This document shows positions 54,660 through 64,000 of a stretch of DNA of 64,000 bases, piece after piece. The notes below the pieces were generated by a model that ran no database searches, was not told where the DNA came from, and saw only the letters and a program-made list of their open reading frames with translations. Position numbers and translations under genes: made by a program. Source of the stretch: Eledone cirrhosa (Eukaryota); the NCBI GenBank assembly GCA_964016885.1, contig OZ024744.1:21638001-21702000 (forward strand), read 5' to 3'. How positions within the stretch are numbered: the first letter of the stretch is position 1; the number at the start of each line of letters is the position of its first letter.

Positions 54660-57600
54660 AGACAGTTAGAAGAGGTGACAGCCACAACAGCTATGACATC
54701 TTCAGACAGTTAGAAGAGGTGACAGGCACAACAGCTATGACATCTTCAGAGAGAAGAGGTGACAGGCACAACAGCTATGACATCTTCAGACAGTTAGAAG
54801 AGGTGACAGGCACAACAGCTATGACATCTTCAAACAGTGAGTAGAGGTGACAGCCACAACAGCTATGACATCTTCAGACTATTAGAAGAGGTGAAAGCCA
54901 CAACAGCTATGACATCTTCAGACAGAAGAGGTGACAGCCACAACAGCTATGACATCTTCAGACTGTTAGAAGAGATGACCACCACAGCAGCTATAACATC
55001 TTCAGACAGTTAGAAGAGGTGACAGGCACAACAGCTATGACATCTTCAGACAGTTAGAAGAGGTGACAGGCACAACAGCTATGACATATTCTGTCAGTTA
55101 GAAGAGGTGACAGCCACAACAGCTATGACATCTTCAGACAGTTAAAAGAGGTGACAGGCACAATAGCTGTGACATCTTCAGACAGTTAGAAGAGGTGACA
55201 GCCACAACAGCTATGACATCTTCAGACAGTTAGAATAGGTGACAGGCACAACAGCTATGACATATTCAGAGAGAAGAGGTGACAGGCACAACAGCTATGA
55301 CATCTTCAGACTGTTAGAAGAGGTGGCAGCCACAACAGCTATGACATCTTCAGACAGAAGAGGTGACAGCCACAACAGCTATGACATCTTCAGAGTGTTA
55401 GAAGAGGTGACAGCCACAACAGCTATGACATCTTCAGACAGAAGAGGTGACAGCCACAACAGCTATGACATCTTCAGACAGAAGAGGTGACAGACACAAC
55501 AGCTATAACATCTTCAGACAGTTAGAAGAGGTGACAGGCACAACAGCTATGACATCTTCAGACAGTTAGAAGAGGTGACAGGCACAACAGCTATGACATC
55601 TTCAGAGAGTTAGAAGAGGTGACAGCCACAACAGCTATGACTACTTCAGACAGTTACAAGAGGTGACAGCCACAACAGCTATGACATATTCAGACAAAAG
55701 TGGTGACAGGCACAACAGCTATGCCATCTTCAGAGAGTTAGAAGAGGTGACAGGCACAACAGCTATGACATCTTTAGAGAGAAGAGGTGACAGCCACAAC
55801 AGCTATGACATCTTCAGGCAGTTAGAAGAGGTGACAGCCTCAACAGCTATGACATCTTCAGACAGTTAAAAGAGGTGACAGAAACAACAGTTGTGACATC
55901 TTCAGACAGTTAGAAGAGGTGACAGCCACAACAGCTATGACATCTTCAGACAGTTAGAAGAGGTGACAGGCACAACAGCTATGACATCTTCAGAGAGAAG
56001 AGGTGACAGGCACAACAGCTATTACATCTTCAGACAGTTAGAAGAGGTGACAGGCACAACAGCTATGACTTCTTCAGACAGTTAGAAGAGGTGACAGCCA
56101 CAACAGCTATGACATATTCAGACAAAAGAAGTGACAGGCACAACAGCTATGCCATCTTCAGAGAGTTAGAAGAGGTGACAGGCACAACAGCTATGACATC
56201 TTCAGACAGAAGAGGTGACAGCCACAACAGCTATGACATCTTCAGACTATTAGAAGAGGTGAAAGCCACAACAGCTATGACATCTTCAGACAGAAGAGGT
56301 GACAGCCACAACAGCTATGACATCTTCAGACAGTTAGAAGAGTTGACAGGCACAACAGCTATGACATATTCTGTCAGTTAGAAGAGGTGACAGCCACAAC
56401 AGCTATGACATCTTCAGACAGTTAAAAGAGGTGACAGGCACAACAGCTGTGACATCTTCAGACAGTTAGAAGAGGTGACAGCCACAACAGCTATGACATC
56501 TTCAGACAGTTAGAAGAGGTGACAGGCACAACAGCTATGACATATTCAGAGAGAAGAGGTGACAGGCACAACAGCTATGACATCTTCAGACTGTTAGAAG
56601 AGGTGGCAGCCACAACAGCTATGACATCTTCAGACAGAAGAGGTGACACCCACAACAGCTATGACATCTTCAGACTGTTAGAAGAGGTGACAGCCACAAC
56701 AGCTATGACATCTTCAGACAGAAGAGGTGACAGCCACAACAGCTATGACATCTTCAGAGTGAAGAGGTGACAGGCACAACAGCTATGACATCTTCAGACA
56801 GAAGAGGTGACAGACACAACAGCTATAACATCTTCAGACATTTAGAAGAGGTGACAGGCACAACAGCTATGACATCTTCAGACAGTTAGAAGAGGTGACA
56901 GGCACAACAGCTATGACCTCTTCAGAGAGTTAGAAGAGGTGACAGCAACAACAGCTATGACATCTTCATACAGTTAGAAGAGGTGACAGCAACAACAGCT
57001 ATGACATCTTTAGACAGTTAGAAGAGGTGACAGCCACAACAGCTATGACATCTTCAGACAGTTAGAAGAGGTGACAGCCACAACAGCTATGACATCTTCA
57101 GACAGTTAGAAGAGGTGACAGGCACAACAGCTATGACATCTTCAGAGAGAAGAGGTGACAGGCACAACAGCTATGACATCTTCAGACAGTTAGAAGAGGT
57201 GACAGGCACAACAGCTATGACATCTTCAAACAGTGAGTAGAGGTGACAGCCACAACAGCTATGACATCTTCAGACTATTAGAAGAGGTGAAAGCCACAAC
57301 AGCTATGACATCTTCAGACAGAAGAGGTGACAGCCACAACAGCTATGACATCTTCAGACTGTTAGAAGAGATGACCACCACAGCAGCTATAACATCTTCA
57401 GACAGTTAGAAGAGGTGACAGGCACAACAGCTATGACATCTTCAGACAGTTAGAAGAGGTGACAGGCAAAACAGCTATGACATATTCTGTCAGTTAGAAG
57501 AGGTGACAGCCACAACAGCTATGACATCTTCAGACAGTTAAAAGAGGTGACAGGCACAATAGCTGTGACATCTTCAGACAGTTAGAAGAGGTGACAGCCA

Positions 57601-59540
57601 CAACAGCTATGACATCTTCAGACAGTTAAAAGAGGTGACAGGCACAATAGCTGTGACATCTTCAGACAGTTAGAAGAGGTGACAGCCACAACAGCTATGA
57701 CATCTTCAGACAGTTAGAATAGGTGACAGGCACAACAGCTATGACATATTCAGAGAGAAGAGGTGACAGGCACAACAGCTATGACATCTTCAGACTGTTA
57801 GAAGAGGTGGCAGCCACAACAGCTATGACATCTTCAGACAGAAGAGGTGACAGCCACAACAGCTATGACATCTTCAGAGTGTTAGAAGAGGTGACAGCCA
57901 CAACAGCTATGACATCTTCAGACAGAAGAGGTGACAGCCACAACAGCTATGACATCTTCAGACAGAAGAGGTGACAGACACAACAGCTATAACATCTTCA
58001 GACAGTTAGAAGAGGTGACAGGCACAACAGCTATGACATCTTCAGACAGTTAGAAGAGGTGACAGGCACAACAGCTATGACATCTTCAGAGAGTTAGAAG
58101 AGGTGACAGCCACAACAGCTATGACTACTTCAGACAGTTAGAAGAGGTGACAGCCACAACAGCTATGACATATTCAGACAAAAGTGGTGACAGGCACAAC
58201 AGCTATGCCATCTTCAGAGAGTTAGAAGAGGTGACAGGCACAACAGCTATGACATCTTTAGAGAGAAGAGGTGACAGCCACAACAGCTATGACATCTTCA
58301 GGCAGTTAGAAGAGGTGACAGCCTCAACAGCTATGACATCTTCAGACAGTTAAAAGAGGTGACAGAAACAACAGTTGTGACATCTTCAGACAGTTAGAAG
58401 AGGTGACAGCCACAACAGCTATGACATCTTCAGACAGTTAGAAGAGGTGACAGGCACAACAGCTATGACATCTTCAGAGAGAAGAGGTGACAGGCACAAC
58501 AGCTATTACATCTTCAGACAGTTAGAAGAGGTGACAGGCACAACAGCTATGACTTCTTCAGACAGTTAGAAGAGGTGACAGCCACAACAGCTATGACATA
58601 TTCAGACAAAAGAAGTGACAGGCACAACAGCTATGCCATCTTCAGAGAGTTAGAAGAGGTGACAGGCACAACAGCTATGACATCTTCAGACAGAAGAGGT
58701 GACAGCCACAACAGCTATGACATCTTCAGACTATTAGAAGAGGTGAAAGCCACAACAGCTATGACATCTTCAGACAGAAGAGGTGACAGCCACAACAGCT
58801 ATGACATCTTCAGACAGTTAGAAGAGTTGACAGGCACAACAGCTATGACATATTCTGTCAGTTAGAAGAGGTGACAGCCACAACAGCTATGACATCTTCA
58901 GACAGTTAAAAGAGGTGACAGGCACAACAGCTGTGACATCTTCAGACAGTTAGAAGAGGTGACAGCCACAACAGCTATGACATCTTCAGACAGTTAGAAG
59001 AGGTGACAGGCACAACAGCTATGACATATTCAGAGAGAAGAGGTGACAGGCACAACAGCTATGACATCTTCAGACTGTTAGAAGAGGTGGCAGCCACAAC
59101 AGCTATGACATCTTCAGACAGAAGAGGTGACACCCACAACAGCTATGACATCTTCAGACTGTTAGAAGAGGTGACAGCCACAACAGCTATGACATCTTCA
59201 GACAGAAGAGGTGACAGCCACAACAGCTATGACATCTTCAGAGTGAAGAGGTGACAGGCACAACAGCTATGACATCTTCAGACAGAAGAGGTGACAGACA
59301 CAACAGCTATAACATCTTCAGACATTTAGAAGAGGTGACAGGCACAACAGCTATGACATCTTCAGACAGTTAGAAGAGGTGACAGGCACAACAGCTATGA
59401 CCTCTTCAGAGAGTTAGAAGAGGTGACAGCAACAACAGCTATGACATCTTCATACAGTTAGAAGAGGTGACAGCAACAACAGCTATGACATCTTTAGACA
59501 GTTAGAAGAGGTGACAGCCACAACAGCTATGACATCTTCA
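54660..59540 (+). repeat. Tandem duplication of a ~2.4-2.5-kb unit (2484 bp = 41x44 + 17x40), with a partial third copy at ~62.45-64 kb
   Basis: Offsets are 2484 (55239/57723, 55663/58147, 56091/58575, 56519/59003) and 4620 (58147/62767, 58575/63195, 59003/63623). Private markers: AAAAGAAGTG, GACTACTT, AGATGACCACCACAGC. I counted seventeen 40-mers per period. Confidence 0.9.
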
Positions 59541-62500
59541 GACAGTTAGAAGACGTGACAAGCACAACAGCTATGACATCTTCAGACAGTTAGAAGAGGT
59601 GACAAGCACAACAGCTATGACATCTTCAGACAGTTAGAAGAGGTGACAGCAACAACAGCTATGACATCTTCAGACAAGAGGTGACAGCCACAACAGCTAT
59701 GACATCTTCAGACAGTTAGAAGAGGTGACAGCAACAACAGCTATGACATCTTCAGACAGAAGAGGTGACAGCCACAACACCTATGACATCTTCAGACAGT
59801 TAGAAGAGGTGACAGCCACAACAGCTATGACGTCTTTAGACAGTTAGAAGAGGTGACAGGAACAACAGCTATGACATCTTCAGACAGTTAGAAGAGGTGA
59901 CAGGCACAACAGCTATGACATCTTCAGACAGTTAGAAGAGGTGACAGCAACAACATCTATGGCATCTTCAGACAGAAGAGGTGACAGCCACAACAGTTAT
60001 GACATCTTCAGACAGATAGAAGAGGTGACAGGCACAACAGCTATGACTTCTTTAGACAGTTAGAAGAGGTGGCAGCCACAACAGCTATGACATATTCAGA
60101 CAGTTAGAAGAGGTGACAGGCACAACAGCTATGACATCTTCAGACAGTTAGAAGAGGTGACAGCCACAACAGCTATGACATCTTCAGACAGTTATAAGAT
60201 GTGACAGCCACAACAGCTATGACATATTCAGACAGTTAGAAGAGGTGACAGGCACAACAGCTATGGCATCTTCAGACAGTTAGAAGAGGTGACAGCCACA
60301 ACAGCTATGGCATCTTTAGACAGTTAGAAGAGGTGACAGCAACAACAGCTATGACATATTCAGACAGTTAGAAGAGGTGACAGGCACAACAGCTATGACA
60401 TCTTTAGACAGTTAGAAGAGGTGATAGCCACAACAGCTATGACATCTTCAGACAGAAGAGGTGACAGCTACAACAGCTATGACATCTTCAGAGAGAAGAG
60501 GTGACAGGCACAACAGCTATGACATCTTCAGGCAGAAGAGGTGACATACGCAACAGCTATAACATCTTCAGACAGTTAGAAGAGGTGACAGGCACAACAG
60601 CTACGACATCTTTAGACAGTTAGAAGAGGTGACAACCACAACAGCTATGACATCTTTAGACAGTTAGAAGAGGTGACAGCCAGAACAGCTATGACATCTT
60701 CAGACAGTTAGAAGAGGTGACCGCCACAACATCTATGACATCTTCATACAGTTAGAAGAGGTGACAGCAACAACAGCTATGACATCTTCAGACAGTTAGA
60801 AGACGTGACAAGCACAACAGCTATGACATCTTCAGACAGTTAGAAGAGGTGACAAGCACAACAGCTATGACATCTTCAGACAGTTAGAAGAGGTGACAGC
60901 AACAACAGCTATGACATCTTCAGACAGAAGAGGTGACAGCCACAACAGCTATGACATCTTCAGACAGTTAGAAGAGGTGACAGCAACAACAGCTATGACA
61001 TCTTCAGACAGAACAGGTGACAGCCACAACACCTATGACATCTTCAGACAGTTAGAAGAGGTGACAGCCACAACAGCTATGACGTCTTTAGACAGTTAGA
61101 AGAGGTGACAGGAACAACAGCTATGACATCTTCAGACAGTTAGAAGAGGTGACAGACACAACAGCTATGACATCTTCAGACAGTTAGAAGAGGTGACAGC
61201 AACAACAGCTATGGCATCTTCAGACAGAAGAGGTGACAGGCACAACAGCTATGACATATTCAGACAGAAGAGGTGACAGCCACAACAGCTATGACATCTT
61301 CAGACTATTAGAAGAGGTGAAAGCCACAACAGCTATGACATCTTCAGACAGAAGAGGTGACAGCCACAACAGCTATGACATCTTCAGACAGTTAGAAGAG
61401 GTGACAGGCACAACAGCTATGACATATTCTGTCAGTTAGAAGAGGTGACAGCCACAACAGCTATGACATCTTCAGACAGTTAAAAGAGGTGACAGGCACA
61501 ACAGCTGTGACATCTTCAGACAGTTAGAAGAGGTGACAGCCACAACAGCTATGACATCTTCAGACAGTTAGAAGAGGTGACAGGCACAACAGATATGACA
61601 TATTCAGAGAGAAGAGGTGACAGGCACAACAGCTATGACATCTTCAGACTGTTAGAAGAGGTGGCAGCCACAACAGCTATGACATCTTCAGACAGAAGAG
61701 GTGACACCCACAACAGCTATGACATCTTCAGACTGTTAGAAGAGGTGACAGCCACAACAGCTATGACATCTTCAGACAGAAGAGGTGACAGCCACAACAG
61801 CTATGACATCTTCAGAGTGAAGAGGTGACAGGCACAACAGCTATGACATCTTCAGACAGAAGAGGTGACAGACACAACAGCTATAACATCTTCAGACATT
61901 TAGAAGAGGTGACAGGCACAACAGCTATGACATCTTCAGACAGTTAGAAGAGGTGACAGGCACAACAGCTATGACCTCTTCAGAGAGTTAGAAGAGGTGA
62001 CAGCCACAACAGCTATGACATCTTCATACAGTTAGAAGAGGTGACAGCAACAACAGCTATGACATCTTTAGACAGTTAGAAGAGGTGACAGCCACAATAG
62101 CTATGACATCTTCAGACAGTTAGAAGACGTGACAAGCACAACAGCTATGACATCTTCAGACAGTTAGAAGAGGTGACAAGCACAACAGCTATGACATCTT
62201 CAGACAGTTAGAAGAGGTGACAGCAACAACAGCTATGACATCTTCAGACAAGAGGTGACAGCCACAACAGCTATGACATCTTCAGACAGTTAGAAGAGGT
62301 GACAGCAACAACAGCTATGACATCTTCAGACAGAAGAGGTGACAGCCACAACACCTATGACATCTTCAGACAGTTAGAAGAGGTGACAGCCACAACAGCT
62401 ATGACGTCTTTAGACAGTTAGAAGAGGTGACAGGAACAACAGCTATGACATCTTCAGACAGAAGAGGTGACAGCCACAACAGCTATGACATCTTCAGAGT

Positions 62501-64000
62501 GTTAGAAGAGGTGACAGCCACAACAGCTATGACATCTTCAGACAGAAGAGGTGACAGCCACAACAGCTATGACATCTTCAGACAGAAGAGGTGACAGACA
62601 CAACAGCTATAACATCTTCAGACAGTTAGAAGAGGTGACAGGCACAACAGCTATGACATCTTCAGACAGTTAGAAGAGGTGACAGGCACAACAGCTATGA
62701 CATCTTCAGAGAGTTAGAAGAGGTGACAGCCACAACAGCTATGACTACTTCAGACAGTTAGAAGAGGTGACAGCCACAACAGCTATGACATATTCAGACA
62801 AAAGTGGTGACAGGCACAACAGCTATGCCATCTTCAGAGAGTTAGAAGAGGTGACAGGCACAACAGCTATGACATCTTTAGAGAGAAGAGGTGACAGCCA
62901 CAACAGCTATGACATCTTCAGGCAGTTAGAAGAGGTGACAGCCTCAACAGCTATGACATCTTCAGACAGTTAAAAGAGGTGACAGAAACAACAGTTGTGA
63001 CATCTTCAGACAGTTAGAAGAGGTGACAGCCACAACAGCTATGACATCTTCAGACAGTTAGAAGAGGTGACAGGCACAACAGCTATGACATCTTCAGAGA
63101 GAAGAGGTGACAGGCACAACAGCTATTACATCTTCAGACAGTTAGAAGAGGTGACAGGCACAACAGCTATGACTTCTTCAGACAGTTAGAAGAGGTGACA
63201 GCCACAACAGCTATGACATATTCAGACAAAAGAAGTGACAGGCACAACAGCTATGCCATCTTCAGAGAGTTAGAAGAGGTGACAGGCACAACAGCTATGA
63301 CATCTTCAGACAGAAGAGGTGACAGCCACAACAGCTATGACATCTTCAGACTATTAGAAGAGGTGAAAGCCACAACAGCTATGACATCTTCAGACAGAAG
63401 AGGTGACAGCCACAACAGCTATGACATCTTCAGACAGTTAGAAGAGTTGACAGGCACAACAGCTATGACATATTCTGTCAGTTAGAAGAGGTGACAGCCA
63501 CAACAGCTATGACATCTTCAGACAGTTAAAAGAGGTGACAGGCACAACAGCTGTGACATCTTCAGACAGTTAGAAGAGGTGACAGCCACAACAGCTATGA
63601 CATCTTCAGACAGTTAGAAGAGGTGACAGGCACAACAGCTATGACATATTCAGAGAGAAGAGGTGACAGGCACAACAGCTATGACATCTTCAGACTGTTA
63701 GAAGAGGTGGCAGCCACAACAGCTATGACATCTTCAGACAGAAGAGGTGACACCCACAACAGCTATGACATCTTCAGACTGTTAGAAGAGGTGACAGCCA
63801 CAACAGCTATGACATCTTCAGACAGAAGAGGTGACAGCCACAACAGCTATGACATCTTCAGAGTGAAGAGGTGACAGGCACAACAGCTATGACATCTTCA
63901 GACAGAAGAGGTGACAGACACAACAGCTATAACATCTTCAGACATTTAGAAGAGGTGACAGGCACAACAGCTATGACATCTTCAGACAGTTAGAAGAGGT
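59420..64000 (+). repeat. A/B mosaic zone
   Basis: A-type at ~59.42-61.24 kb (CATACGCA ~60546, GCCAGAAC ~60679, ACCGCC ~60720, AGACGTG), B-type at ~61.24-62.0 kb, A-type at ~62.0-62.45 kb, then B-type to the end. Confidence 0.85.

Larger units (their letters stand above)
28380..59420 (+). repeat. Satellite subfamily domain B
   Basis: Diagnostic variants: TTCTGTCAG, GTTAAAAGAG, AGACTGTTA followed by GGTGGCA, the CAGAGTGAAG 40-mer, ACAAAAGAG followed by ATGCCAT, TTTAGAGAGAAG, AGTTGTGA, and CAAACAGTGAGTAG. It contains more 40-mers than domain A. Confidence 0.9.
1..64000 (+). repeat. Tandem satellite DNA array of 44-bp and 40-bp monomers, running off both window ends
   Basis: GAAGAGGTGACAGSCACAACAGCTATGACATCTTCAGACA(GTTA) repeats head-to-tail throughout. 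The first full monomer starts at 33, an exact 44-mer is at 2281-2324 and an exact 40-mer at 38001-38040. Most copies differ from consensus by 0-4 substitutions. The consensus has one AGCT (AluI) and one GAAGAG (EarI) site. Confidence 0.99.

Noticed and set aside
955-63874. About 70 short + strand ORFs (68, 83, 89, 96 aa) with a 28-aa repeat TATTAMTSSDRRGDSHNSYDIFRQLEEV
   Set aside because: They arise wherever 40- and 44-mers alternate (84 bp keeps the frame) and end at the consensus TAG/TAA or TGA once the alternation breaks. Starts are the repeat's own GTG/TTG and lengths are quantised. There is no sign of coding constraint.
955-63874. RGD integrin-binding motifs and Thr/Ser-rich mucin-like composition in the translations
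   Set aside because: These are by-products of translating AGAGGTGAC and ACA-rich sequence. No long ORF, signal peptide or unique domain is present.
1-64000. CRISPR-like array, since the unit is a palindromic ~35-bp repeat
   Set aside because: There are no unique spacers (linkers are near-constant 5 or 9 bp), no leader and no cas genes.
1-64000. Minus-strand coding or a programmed-frameshift mega-ORF
   Set aside because: The reverse-complement monomer carries TAA, TGA and TAG, and the track shows no minus-strand ORF. Runs of 44-mers force stops on the + strand.
1-64000. Assignment to a named satellite family, organism, telomere repeat or CENP-B box
   Set aside because: I do not recognise the consensus, and it lacks a canonical telomeric unit or the CpG-containing CENP-B box. 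A BLAST, Dfam or Repbase search with the 44-mer would be needed.

Overview
The whole 64 kb is one uninterrupted, single-orientation tandem satellite array of roughly 1,450-1,500 monomers. I found no genes, RNA genes, transposon insertions, inversions or unique DNA. The consensus monomer is 44 bp, GAAGAGGTGACAG(C/G)CACAACAGCTATGACATCTTCAGACAGTTA (exact copy at 2281-2324, ~45% GC, no CpG). A common 40-bp variant lacks GTTA (exact copy at 38001-38040). All ORFs in the track are artefacts of 40+44=84-bp alternations. The monomer reads as a 35-bp imperfect palindrome (14-bp arm, 7-nt loop, 14-bp arm, 11/14 paired) plus a 9- or 5-bp linker, and it also shows a degenerate ~9-bp subrepeat. Linked point variants define two subfamily domains: A at ~1-28.4 kb and B at ~28.4-59.4 kb, followed by an A/B mosaic at ~59.4-64 kb. 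A three-copy transitional cassette and many nested kb-scale higher-order duplications of irregular period are also visible. This is most likely eukaryotic heterochromatic, centromeric or subtelomeric satellite DNA, but I cannot name the organism or family. I see no evidence for a protein-based novel system; what is interesting here is structural and evolutionary. Domain boundaries are approximate and were read by eye.
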